Below, piece after piece: positions 26,116 to 39,200 of a stretch of DNA of 64,000 nucleotides. Position numbers and translations under genes: made by a program. Every line of letters starts with the position of its first letter. Position 1 is the stretch's first letter. Origin of the DNA: Tricharina praecox (lineage: Eukaryota); the NCBI RefSeq assembly GCF_024521635.1, contig NW_026250429.1, positions 124,001 through 188,000 on the forward strand, given 5' to 3'. The notes below the pieces were generated by a model. It worked only from the letters and a program-made list of their open reading frames with translations. It did not search any database and was not told the origin of the DNA.

Positions 26116-28854
26116 ATGGCGCCCACCAGACCGTGCATATTCTTCCAACAGGGCCGCTGTCGCGCCGGCGATGGTTGCACGTATTCGCACACCGCCGCTC
26201 CGACATCGACTATCCCGCCGGCAACACCAACGCCAACGCCAATTCGGCAAAGACCGGCGGGTGCGGTTGTGTCACAGGCGGCGCACCTAGCGCACCTGGC
26301 GCTTCGGGAGGGGGGCGTCGGACGAGCCGGCACGGACTTGCGTACAGTGGGCGCGACGGCGGGAGCAGAGGGAGCTTGGAGGTCGCATAGGACGACAACG
26401 GCGGCGCCGGGACCGGGACCGGGACTTCTGGTGCCGTGTAGGTTCTTTCAAATGGGACACTGTGGGCGTGGCGAGGGCTGCAAGTTCGCGCATGTCACGG
26501 CGTCTACCGGGCTCGGCGATGCCGTGGGAACAGCGGAATTGGGAGCGTTTACGGTGGGCGCGATTCAGTCGGTACTTAACTACCTTGTGCTCCTATGTCC
26601 GGGTGGTGATATGACAGATATTGACAGACACTGACATGTTCCCTAGTTCGACCAACCCACACCTACACCCACCCCCGCCGCAGCTACCGCCGCCGCCCCA
26701 CGTGAGACCGACGTCCGGGTCATGGGCACGACGCTCTCGGTGACGTTCGGCGGGGGACTCACGATCGCTTCCATAGGCTCAGCCTCGGACACGAACATCG
26801 TGACGATGCAGCACCTACCAGCGCGCGCGGACGTGCGGGTAATCCAGGAACTTCTCTCGCGGTTCAAGTTCGATCTCCCACTGGAAGCGATCCGCGCAAC
26901 GCCGATCGACGAAGGAACGTACGCCACAGCCAAGTTCGCGGACTCGGCGCAGGCGGCCGCGGCGATCGCAGCGCTGGATGGGCTCGTGTACGAAGACCAC
27001 ACCTTGGCCGTCAAGCTGTACCGCCTGAAGGGCCTGGCGGGCGTGAGCCAGAGCGCGACGAGGGTTAGCTGTACGTTCTTTGCGCCGGCTAGGATCGCGT
27101 CCATCACCTTCAACTCGCAGCGCCTGGCAGTGCAGGCGATGAGAAGATGCGACGGCAAGCGGATCCGCGGCCGGAAGATGGAGTTCAAGGACCACCGCAA
27201 TTACCGGCTGTTCTCCAGCAAAGGCGAGATCAGCGTCGGCGGCCTGGCGGCAGCGACGACGAAGGACGAGCTGAAGGTGGCCTTCAATCATGGTGTGAAA
27301 TCCATTTTCCTGCACGACCCGACGTACGATCTCTCGGCGCACGAGGCGATGGCGCACATCGCCAGTCTGTTCACGCAGCGCGCACCGGACGTCGAGGGAT
27401 GGGAGATCGTCTCGCCGGCGGACATGCGCAAGACCAAGACGATAATCCGCTTCAAGAGCGCTGCGGCGGCACTCGACGCCGTGCGCAACCACGACGGAAA
27501 GGTCTGCGCTTTCCTCGGCGGGAGCCAGATCTTCCTGCAGCCCATCTACACCGCGAACTTCAAGATTGTGCCCGAGATCCACCGCGCGGTCGTGAAGGAG
27601 CTGGAATGCCTGATGAAGGATCAGCCGCCGGGGGTGCAGATCCGCGTGTTTGGTGGCGAGACGCAGTCGCTGGCGACGGTCCGCGTTACGGGCCAGGACA
27701 AGAAGAAGGTCTCGGCCGCAAAGACGATGGTGGGGAAGATTGTGAGGGGACGGCTATTCCAGACGGCGACTGGGGAGGCGATCTGGGATCCGTTCTGGGC
27801 TACTGCGGAAGGCATCCAGAAAATTACCGGGATCGGACGTGAGACTGCGACGTTCGTGTTCTGCGATAAGCGCAAGTCGCAGCTGTTTCTCTTTGGCACC
27901 GTCGAGAACCAGGAAAAGGCCGTCGAGCGTCTGCACGGGTGCAAGGCTGCCATCGCCGAGAGCGGTCACAAGATTGCACTCGAGGGCGGCGCGTGGAGGA
28001 GCATCATGCGTGGTGGCCTTCGCGCATTGCAGGAGAGATTCGGAGCGAACATGGTCAAGATCGACGTCACCAAGCGATGCATTATGTTTACCGGTTCCGC
28101 GGTCGAGCTGGAAGAAACCCGGACTTTGTTGAAGACCAACACTGGGGCGGAGAAGGACGTAACCTCTACGGCGACGGCGGACGGGGATTGCCCCATCTGT
28201 TTCGACACGGCGGAGAGCCCGATCCAGTTCTCAAGCTGCGGCCATACTTACTGCCTCTCCTGCCTGCGCGACTACGCCAGATCAACACTTGATACCCGCA
28301 AGTTCCCCATCGCCTGCATCGGCGCGACCTGCGAGCGCACGCTCGACCTCGCCGTTCTCGCCACAATCCTCACCCCGGCCGAGTACGAGACCATCCTGTC
28401 CACCGCCTTCACCGACCACATCCGCAGCCATCCGACCGAGTACTCATACTGTCCGACGCCGAACTGCCCGACGGTGTATCGCACCACCACTTCCACCTCC
28501 TCGGACACCGTACTCACCTGCGCCTCCTGCCTCCTCGACATCTGCACTTCATGCGCGGTCGAAGCGCACACGGGGCTGACCTGCTCAGCATACAAGCTGT
28601 CAATACACTCCGACACCGACGCGGACGTTGCGTTCGAGCAGTGGAAGCGTCGCAACCGAGTGCACGCGTGTCCGGCCTGCGGCACCGATATCCAGAAGTC
28701 GGATGGCTGCGACCATATCACGTGTGCGGTGTGCAAGGCGCATATCTGCTGGAAGTGCTTGATGGTCTTTGCCCGCAGCCCGGAGGTCTATACACATATG
28801 ACCAAGGAGCATGGAGGGATTGGGGTGCAGTATGATGGTGATTCTGATGATTGA
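26116..28854 (+). CDS. RNA-binding RBR E3 ubiquitin ligase: 2x CCCH zinc finger, RRM-like and KH-like modules, RING1-IBR-RING2 (about 887 aa)
   Basis: CIFFQQGRCRAGDGCTYSH and CRFFQMGHCGRGEGCKFAH; phase-0 intron 26572-26646 joins to the 710-aa ORF; RING1 CPICFD...CGHTYCLSC, IBR YCPTPNC...CASCLLDICTSCAVEAH, RING2 CPACGTDIQKSDGCDHITCAVCKAHICWKC. Confidence 0.88.
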
Positions 28855-30199
28855 TGGTGAGAGATTGGTGGTTGATAGGGGAGGGTTTCCGATTACCTAC
28901 GTGTTCTGAATTCAAATCTTTGGGGTTTCTGGTGCATGCGGTGTGCACTGTGCAAGAACCGGGGGAGTGATCGTCCATGAGAGTTCCACAGGCCGGAGGC
29001 CGGTGGCTGGAGTGCAAGGCAAGGTTGAGAGGGGGTAATGACGTACCGTAATGGACAGTGGGGCACCGTACTCCATCTGTACATAAAATTCCGAATGCCC
29101 GCCAGGCTGCCAGGCTGCCACGAGTATGTACCAATGTAGGCAGAAGGCAGTGTTTTGGTTTATACCTCAACTAGGCAATACGGTATGAGCACCGTACACA
29201 TGACGATAGATTCCGACCTCAGTTATCAATACGAACCTCGACGCCGATGGTTGCGTAACCCGTTACATACAGCCCGTTAAAGCCTGACTTGTGTATGTAG
29301 AAGGATGTCGACAGTCGATCTGAAAGGGCTCTAGGAATCTAGGAATCTAGGAATCTAGGATTGTGGGACTATACCTAATAGTTTAGGTAACCAATCCAAT
29401 CCACGCGTTCTCGTTCTCGTCCCGGTGACGTTCCCGGTGTGCACCGTGATCACTAGTCGTAAGTTGTAACTTGTAGATACATATATCTCTAGGGTGGTTC
29501 CTCGTACGCTAAAGCTGTCTGGTCTCCCGACTCCAGACTCCAGCAGGCGGTCGAAGGCTCGAAGCGCAAGAGTAGGTCTTATAGTCTATAGAATCATAGA
29601 TACAGCTAGCTTGTGTTGAGTACGCTCCCTTCGTCCGATTTCATCGATGTTGGGATGATATGTAGAGTATGTAGATAATCCGCACGTCCCTCGCCCCGCA
29701 TTCGTATCTCAATTTCTCAAGTTCACGATTCTCAACTTTCAAGAGTCAAGAGCCAAGCGACAAGAGGTGACAAATCCGGACCAGCTGGTCACACCGAGCT
29801 CGCTACACTAGCGCCCATCGTACGTGAGTAAGAGTGCACTTCTGCAGATATCTGGAAGCCGGTTAGTTAGTTGGATGGCCCATGTGTTTGTCATATACCT
29901 GTCTGGTATAGTGGTACGTGTACGGGTGTTTTAGGCCAAGACTCAAGTTTAGACTCTAGAGTAGACATCACACGTTACATAGAGCAGAGTATAGTACAAC
30001 ACCCGTCAACCTATGAACTCTAGGTGAGTAGGTACCTACATACGGTACGTCGCACACTGGTTTCCGCACTACATAACCTGGCCCCCCGCAACCGCCCCCG
30101 CCCCCCGCTGCCCCGCAACGTCTCTCCCTCCAGCCTCCAGGTCCCACCAGCCTCCAGCCTTCAGCAACCTTCTCCCCCTCCATCTCTCACCACGACCAC

Positions 30200-30974
30200 A
30201 TGGCGCCGACAAGACCGTGCATATTCTTCCAGCAAGGCCGCTGTCGCAACGGTGATGGTTGCACGTATTCGCACATCGCAGCTCCGGCCACGGCTGTCCC
30301 GCCGTCGGCCGCGGCAACCCCAACGCCAATTCGGCAAAGACCGGCGGGTGCGGTTGTGCGACAGTCGGCGCACCTGGCGCACCTGGCGCTTAGGGAGGGC
30401 GGAGTCGGACGAGCCGGTACGGACTTGCGCACAGTGGGCGCGGCGGCGCCGGGGGTGGAACGTGGTTGGTGGTCGCGGAGGACGACAGCGGCGGGACCGG
30501 GATTGGTCCGTCTGGTGCCGTGTAGGTTCTTTCAGATGGGACACTGTCGGCGCGGCGAGTGCTGCGAGTTCTCGCATGTCACGGCGTCTACGCTCACAGC
30601 GATCCCGTGGGAACAGTGGAATCGGGAGCGATTACTGCGGGCTTGGTGCAGACGGTATGCACCTTGTGCTCTTATTTCGCTGGTGATGATATGACAGATA
30701 TTGACTGTTGACATGTTCCCCAGTTCGGCCGATCCATACCCATGGCCACCCCTACGCCGCCGCCCCACGTGAGACCGACGTCCGCGTCACGGGCACGACA
30801 CTCTCGGTGACGTTCGGCGCAGGACTTGGCATCGCGAGCATAGGCTCAGCCTCGGACACGAACATCGTGACGATGCAGCACCTACCAGCTCGGGCGGACG
30901 TGCGGGTAATCCAGGGACTTCTCTCGCGGTTCAAGTTCGACCTCCCAATCGAAGCGATCCGCTTGAGTGATTGA
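30200..30974 (+). pseudogene. Truncated paralogue of the CCCH-RBR gene that retains only the two CCCH-type fingers
   Basis: Starts MAPTRPCIFFQQGRC like the 26116 gene; 1-nt frameshift near 30590; the sequence jumps from gaagcgatccgc (equivalent to about 26893) to the stop region tgattgatggtg (equivalent to about 28848). Confidence 0.85.
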
Positions 30975-33900
30975 TGGTGGTGGATTGGGGGCCATTTGTC
31001 GATAGGGGAGGAATAGAAATAGGTGTTCCGAATTCAAACTTCGTGGAGTTTCCACCGCATGCGGTGTGTACTGTGCAAGAACCGGGGGAGTGATCGTCCA
31101 TGAGAGTTCCAACTTCCACAGGCCGGAGGCTGGAGGCTGGAGTGCAAGACAAGGCGGAAAGGTGGTACCGTAATGGCCCATGGGCAGTGGGGCACCGCAC
31201 TCCATCTGTACATAAAACTCCGAATGCCCGCCAGGCTGCCAGGCTGCCACGAGTATGTACCTATGTAGGCAAAGGCAGTGTTTTGGTTTATACCTCATAC
31301 TAGACAATACGGTATGAGCACCGTACACATGACGACAGATTCCGACCTCAAATCCTCAATACGAACAGAGACGCCGACGGTTCCACCTTCCAACTTTCGT
31401 TTAGTAGTTAAAGCCTGATTTACATATCCAGAAGGATGTCGATCTGAAAGGGCTCTAGGAGTGTCACCTGTGGGACAGTGGGACTATAACTAATAGTTTA
31501 GGTAACCAATCCAACCCACGCGTTCTCGTTCTCGTCCTAGTGACGTTCCCGGTGTGCACCGTGATCACTAGTCGTAAGTTGTAACTCGTAATATAAATAC
31601 ATTTCTAGGGTGATAATTGATTCCTCCTAGGCTAAAGCTGTCTCGTCTATGGTCTCCAGCACTCGGGGAAGGCTCGGAGCGCAAGAGTAGGTCTTATAGT
31701 CTATAAAATCATAGATACAGCCGGCTTATGTAACTACGCTCCATTCATCCGGTGTCCTTGTGGGGTGATATATGGAGTATGTAGGTAGGTATTCCGCACG
31801 TCCCTCGCCTCGCACTCGTATCCATCTCAAGTTCTCGATTCTCAACTTTCAACAGTCAAGAACCAAGAGCCACGAGGTGACAAATCCCGACCAGCTGGTA
31901 ACACCGAGCTCGCTACACTAGCGCCCATCGTACATGAGTAAGAGTGCACTTCTGTCCTCAAGGCGCGGATAGCTAGTAGATAGAGTACACACTCTACGCC
32001 CCCAGATATTAGAATTGCGTCCACATGGCTGGGCTGCGCACACACTCCACACTCCCAGCCCCAGACCAGATATCTAGAAGCCGGTTAGTTACCTGTTAGT
32101 TACCTATTAGTTAGTAGGGCCCATGTGTAGAGTATGTCATATATTCACCTAGTATAGTGGTACGTGTACGATGTTTTAGGCCAAGTTCGAACTTTGAAGC
32201 AGACATCACACGTTCCAACTTACAACACCCGTCAACCGCCGCATCCATCGCCGACTACCTGCCATGAACTCTGGGTAGCATGGGGGACCAATGGCAAATA
32301 CCGGCCTGGTTTCCGGTAAATGGAAGCGGAACGTCGAGACCCTATCATCTTGATTCATCTCCACTGGATGGCGGAAAAAAGCAAAGCCGGTCCTGGGCAC
32401 TGGGCACTGGGTAGAGACTCTAGGATGGATTATGAGTGTGAGCGTGACTTGTCGGTGAAAAGGCTTCGAGGAGCTTACCGCTTCACGGCTTCAGATCAGG
32501 TCGATCTTCATGTTGGAACTTGGAGTCTGGACATCCCGATCAGCAGCAGCGGCGGCTGTTTGCGGGAGCAAGGACATGATTCTCCAGCCTCAAGGCTCGG
32601 CCGGCCGGCAGGAAAGTCCGGTCTCCTGTCCGGGACGAGGAATACCCTCAGTAGTCACCTCGAAGCCCATGCGGTACGATTTCGGTAGCTGTATGTACAC
32701 ATGTAGGTACAGAGCTTCTCCTCCCTTCCTACATGACTTCCCGAAAGGTTGTTTTATCCCATAGAGGAGAACCACGACGGGAAACTCCATGTATTTTTAT
32801 GTATAGCAGCCTTTGTATAGGTATATAAGATCGGGATGCGTCTCGACTCTCGCGCAAAGCGGCGATCTCCCTCCCCTTCATTAATGGATGGTCCTGGATG
32901 CAAGTGCCGGCTGTTTCAACTTCCCACCCCCCACATGCCCGGATCCAAGGTTGAGCCTACTACTAGTACTAGTAATTAGCAGTGTACCAATCGGATGGGA
33001 ACACTAGCATGCTTGGTACTATCTAGTAACATAGGCATGCTCCTTGGACGATATCTAGAGTACGGACACATGGAGATGCACATGACGGTACTCTACATAG
33101 GAACATCATGTTATCGTACCTAGCCGGAAGCGTATCCCTCCTGAGTCGACATCTTTTCCCACCGCAAGTTTCAGACGAGACTTGATCGTCCTGAACCGGT
33201 GAACAACCCGGACTTCCAATACACCGTGAAGCCTCCGATCACGGGTGTAACTCCAGGCGGTGACCACTGCCCAGCTTCTCAGAGCCTGTTGGAGTACATA
33301 CCAAGTATTTAGCATGTCTCCCATCTCGTCAGCCAACCCGCCCTGCTAACCACGGTTCATTTCGATGCTACTAGAGCAGTGGGGGACATGCGCGCAAACA
33401 TTGCGTGAGAGGCGGCGGCACGCAACAGCCGGCAGCAGGGGCCATAGACAGTCCTTCCGGCAACGACGGGGAGACAGCAGGAATACCCTCTGCGAAGTCT
33501 GACTCGATGATGATGATCAGATAGTTAGTTACGTACCGTAGGGTATCGGAATACCTACACACCGGTATCTCTTGGCGCATGCTTTCGCTAGTCGACAACC
33601 AATAGGTTTTGTGCACGGAAGTTCCGTGGAGTTGGACGAGCATCCCGCCGGGCACCATTGGATCTGGTTGGCTGTTGATAGAAGCCTGGCAGTATTCAGA
33701 AAAGCCAGTCTGTCACCTTGGCCGCTTCGCAGAGTTCCCGCCATGCCCGATACGGCGGAAAGCCACGTTTCTTCTCGGCTCGGCCTGCTGCTCTCGGGCG
33801 GAATCCCTGCGACCACTGCGACTCCCGATGGCACCGGCGAGGCGGTCGGCAGCCACGGCCACTGCAAATGCTGGTCTGTGCACGATGCAGCTGCGGGCCT

Positions 33901-34300
33901 AGACACTAGAGTACCATTGACAAGCGTCCTACGCTGCGCTTGGCTCTGCGCCATGCCAGCTATGCCACACTAGGTAACTCTGCTATAATACCCAGACTAT
34001 GGTTGCACCGGAAACGCAGGGCAGCACCCTCTTTGAAATCGAACGTTTGCTCCACTGCGATCGGATCTAAAAGGAAGCTCCCTTTCGAACGTTCGCTTTC
34101 GTCGTCGTGGATCGGCCCGACTGATAAGTGGGGATCATCTCACCTCTGCACTGCTCCAACAACTCGCAAGGAACCTCTACCGTCCCGCTGTACTACAGCC
34201 TTGGCCCGTAGTCCTACGCTCCGACAGCCCTTCTCACACCCATCCTACCCACCCTGCACAACCCGCCCAGCCTGTTGCGATCGGAATTCTGGCGTTCGAG

Positions 34301-35929
34301 ATGGCCGACACGCCTGAAGAGTTCATCGAAGTGGATCCCGCCGCGGTATCGTTTAGCTGCTACGCCTTTCCCGCTCGCCGCTGACCATTCTGCAGTACGG
34401 CGGTGGCGATGGTTACGAATCGGCTGGGTATGTACTGTACATACATCATATGTACTTCCGCTAAGCATCAGGACTTGCACTTTAAATCCCCGACTTCGGC
34501 TAACATTTGCACCCCGTCCCCCCGGAAAAGATACGACAGCAGCACCGTGAGTCTGTCGTCCTCCATCAATGAGTACATATTCGAGAATGGTACGTAACAG
34601 ATTCTTCGCCCTTCGTGCCCCGCGCTGGACTGGGAATACCTTGTTGACACGAAATGAAACAGGTCGCAGGTATCACGCATACTTTGGCCGGGAGAAGAAC
34701 CTGCTCCCGACTGATGAGGTTCCATCCCTCGGTGAATGTCTCCTCTTGCCCGGCAGCTAAATCATGCTCCACATCTGCAGACCGAACAAGACCGGTACGA
34801 GTGCAAACCAAAAACCATCCCCAAATGACTGTTGGACCTTGAGAACTGACTCTACGCACCTACTGCCTAGTCTCGATCTCCACCACGAGATCTTTCTCGA
34901 AATCTTGGCTGGAGAGCTTCACAAAGCACCGCTGAACAATCCCCAGCGTATCCTCGATGTCGGCACCGGCACGGGAATCTGGGCTGTCGACGTGGCCGAC
35001 ACGTACCCGATGGCCGAGGTGATCGGGACCGATTTAAGGTATGCATATCTCACTCGCTCCATAGTCCGTCCGTCCGTCTATTTGCATGGCAGTGCTTACT
35101 TGTACGCCCCTCCCCCCGAAAACGACAGCCCACTTCAACCGACCTGGTAAGATTCATGTCCACCGCAAGAGAGAGAGCGTGTTCACATTTGACCTCCGCC
35201 GTCCTAGGGTTCCCCCGAACTGGTACGCAACACATCCCCCTCCCTCCCCTTCCTTCCCTGAAATCCGCAACCTCTCTAACCCCCCCCCCCCCCGCTGCAG
35301 CCGCTTTGAGGTCGACGACTGTGAACAGAATTGGACCTTCCGCCAGGACTACTTCGATTTCATCCATATGCGCAACCTCGCGCAGAGTACGTCGCCCTCG
35401 TCTTTTTTTTCTTCTTTTTCCTGCCTCCACCGAACCCCCGCTGACCCGAGCAAAACAATCATAGGCATCTCCGACTGGTCACGACTCATGCCGGAGGTAT
35501 ACCGGTAGGTCTTTCCCGCCCTTCAGTCGACATAGACTAACTCCTGCACAGCTGCACCAAGCCCGGCGGCTGGGTACCTCCCCCGCTCCCCCTCCCTCCC
35601 TCGCCCGCAGCACTAACCCCCCTCCTCCAGGTGGAACTAGCCGAAGTAGGCCTCAACGAGCTCCTCAGCGACGACGGCACTTTGCTAGACGGAGACCCCG
35701 CGAAGCGGTGCGTCGACCTCCTGACACAAGCAATGGAGCTCATAGGGCGTCCCGCGCCCACCGTCGCCAGCATGCGCGCAAACCTCGAGACCGCCGGGTT
35801 CGTCGACATCCACGTCTGCGCGTACAAGCAGCCGTTCGGGCCCTGGCCGAAGGATAAACGCCTCAAACATGTGGGCGCCATGGCGTTGTTGATGTTGCAG
35901 ACTGGTACGTTGCCCTGGGGTATGGGGTA

Positions 35930-35968
<39 letters not shown>

Positions 35969-36260
35969 GGGAATGAGGGCTGATGAAATGGGGCACAGGA
36001 ATCGAGGCCTATGTCATGGCCAGCTTTTCAAGGATCTTGGGGATGGAACAGGAAGAGGCCGCCAAGCTGTGTCAGGAGGCCTATGCTTCGTGTAGTAATA
36101 GGAAGAATCACTTCTATAATCACTTGTGAGTATCCCCCCTTCCCCCCTCCCCCCGCCCGCACGCACGTACGCACGTAATTGACATGACAATGCCTAACTA
36201 ACCATCGAACGTTTGCTGGATAGCTACGTTGTTTACGGTCGCAAGCCGGGCGGCGATTAG
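34301..36260 (+). CDS. LaeA-like SAM-dependent methyltransferase, paralogue 1 (14 exons)
   Basis: Spliced motifs YIFENGRRYH, EQDRLDLHH, ILDVGTGTGIWAVD, VIGTDLSPLQP, FEVDD, FDFIHMR, KPGGWVE, GPWPKD, YVVYGRKP. Confidence 0.9.
35930..35967 (+). repeat. 38-nt poly-G tract inside a methyltransferase intron
   Basis: Direct reading of the sequence. Confidence 0.85.
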
Positions 36261-39200
36261 TATTGGGCCTACAGGGACGTGGAGTAGGAGTATATTATTA
36301 CGGAGTCGAGTGGAGTGTTGTATTTTGCTGTGCTGTGTTGTTTTCCGCTTTATGTTCCGCTTTATGTTCCATTGTACCATTGTACCGTACCGTCGCTCAT
36401 CACACATATTATTCCATACATATTATTCCATCGAACCAATCGTTCCGGCGACAGGCGAATTGCATGTTTCTTCTTCTGCCTACATACCGGTATACCGGTA
36501 TATATCAAGCACGTCATGACATCCATCAAACGCACTGCACTGCACTGGTGTGGCGTGACTGCAGGGCTGTCTAGTGCATCGCCGCATCGCCGCATCAGTG
36601 ATCACGACGATCACGCGCATCGGGCTAAATTTAGTCATTCATACCATAATCTTATCTTATCTTATCAGGCTTCTATCTAATCAAGATCAGATCACGCATG
36701 CATAGAGTATCACTCGAGATGAAAGTCAAGTCACGAATCTTCACGCGACGGTGTGGATTTGTGGTGTCGGTTTTACTCGAAAATGAAATTCATTTGAGAC
36801 TAGCTGCTGGTTGGATGGGTGTTGTGAGCCGCCGATGGATCCATTATGTACGCAGGGTGTGTACTAGGCATAGTTACCTGCCATGTTGAGCCACGTACCT
36901 ACTAAAGTGAGAAGCCTTATGTAGGCCTCATATAAGATGAGGAAATTATTTGTGCCTTATAAGCCACTCATAAGCACGTCCACCTCATGCGGTTTCCGCA
37001 AGAGTTATGTCAAAAGACGGCCAATGTTCTCAAACCCCTATAATTCATGTAACTCCTACATAACGCCTATGCAGAAAAAACCACCAGTACATAAACCGGC
37101 CTTCTCACTGTGTAATTCCTGCATAGGAGTTTCCTCAGGCCTATATACTAGGTATATAAGCCTTACTAATCCTTGTTTTTAAGTATTCCTTATGACATCC
37201 TTAGCAAGCCCTTATGAGCTCATAAGGCGTCCAGACTAGTATGTAGGCGTTACAGAAGGCTTATAACACGGGACTAATTTTCATCGCACCGCACTCGGGA
37301 TTGTGGAAGCCTTCTCCGACAATATATATCACCTGTAATTTGAAACCCCTGGTTCAGTCGAATTTTACGAGAAGTTTTACGGAAGAAAAATAATAATATT
37401 AGTAAAACTTTCTCATCAGGGGGGAGGAGGAACAACGGCAGAACAAAGTGAGATGCAGTGATTCACCACAAACCAAAAACACTCAAGGCCAAGCAACAAC
37501 GTCCGGACTCGGGAGCACCCACACTTCTATAGTAACCCGCCGCTGTGCTCCATGTTGTGCAGAAATGCTTTGCCGCAGAGCTGAGTTGTGCACACCGGGC
37601 ACTCACTTGGCCAAAGCGGGGTCGGCGGTCGGCGGTCGGTTCATCCCAGCCCATGGGCTACGAGGCGGGCCGGTGGTGGACTGGAAAGGTATGCATAACG
37701 GAATACGCATATGCGAGAGATAGCAAGAAAAAAACGCACGGTTTCTTGTTTTTCTCCCATGGGACGAGGAGCGGTCCCGATCGCAAAGAATGGGAGGTCA
37801 GTAGAGTAGTATAGGATTCCAAGGGCTTACCGGAAAGGAAAAAAAACAGAAGGGAAAAAAAACTGCAACGCCCGCGTTTTTCCAAGTTTCAACCGAGGCC
37901 GGCTGGATGGAGCAATTGCTCCCACCGTCCCACGAGATGGCAATGATAGGTATCTTGGTGGGACTTTGTAGAGTATCGTGCGGTGGTCTCGCACTATCGG
38001 CGTCAACAAAAACGCCATTACGCCCAACGTCAGGAAGCAACTGTTCAGGGATGGGAGAACGAGGAAGATTAGAGAGGAGAGCAAACGGTATAATCTAGAG
38101 CAGCGAAGCACCCGGCCTAGCCGCGGTTGCTCAAGCGGTAGACAATTCACACGTCGTGAATACTTGGGCGTTCTCACGTATGTACCTAGGTTGAGTGATA
38201 GCCGTGTCTCAATCACTCGGTAGTTGTCTCGTACGCAGGTTGAGTGATAGCTGTGTCGCAATCACTCGATAGTTGGCCGGATGTGTTTACAGTCATGATC
38301 AGATAAGGTCGAATGCTATGATGAGCAAACAAAAAATCACACGATAATTGTGCCAGAGAGGGCAGGTGCAAAAACAGTGGCGGCGCAGAAGGCGGCAAGT
38401 GCGGAAGAGGAGAGGGAAGCAAGAGCCAAGCGAGACGAATGCGCGCAGAAGGAGACGGGCCCGACCCTCTAAGGCTCTTCCTCCCTACCCCATTCATTCT
38501 ACTTACCCAGATATCATAAGATCCGGCAATAACTAGACTGAGAGAGCGTGGGAGCCAGGGCGGAAAAGAGGATACAGGATGGACGAGGTGACTGGTCGGA
38601 GGACAGAGAATACGGGTAGCAGGGACGAGAACTGGATTAATGAATACCTTCATTCGTTCATACTCTCTCGCTTTCTATCTTTCTTCCTTCCATTTCTGTC
38701 TTTCTTGCTGGTGATGAGCGGAGAGAGAGCAGCGAGGGTTGGTCGGCGGGGAGTGAGAAGGTTTGACGAGAAGGGAGGGCTGGGAGGAGAGCAATCTGGA
38801 ACTGTTATCGAGCTCGCTACTTCCGGTCGGCGACAGCTGGGTGGAACAGGATGAACCAGCTGTCATGATCTATTCAGGTCGAATGCAATGGTGATCAAAC
38901 AGAGCAATCACTCGGTAGTTAGACGGCCGGTTGACTCTCAGATGCGTCCCGTGACAGATTTGGGCAATCAACCACGCGTCGGCCAAAACATACGTGCCCA
39001 TGCGATACTCATAAATGTATCGATCCTCCGTAGAGAAGGCGAATCTGAAACAACTTCGAATGATCCTCCCTATATCTGAATTCTGCGATCGAAAAACTCA
39101 ATTTGGAACATGTATGTGCGTATCAGATGAGATCGGAGCCGCATTTTCGCTATCGGCGTCGGGGAGGAGCGCCAAGACATTCGAAGTACAAAATGCACCC

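Larger units (their letters stand above)
25910..32280. repeat. Tandem segmental duplication (copy A about 25910-30025; copy B about 30030-32280, with an approximately 2-kb internal deletion)
   Basis: The upstream region, 5' CDS and more than 1 kb of downstream non-coding DNA are repeated, e.g. gtgtgcaccgtgatcactagtcgtaagttgtaact at about 29437 and 31552. Confidence 0.92.

Noticed and set aside
29329..29360. (CTAGGAAT)n short tandem run
   Set aside because: Local slippage present in only one duplicate copy; too short to imply function.
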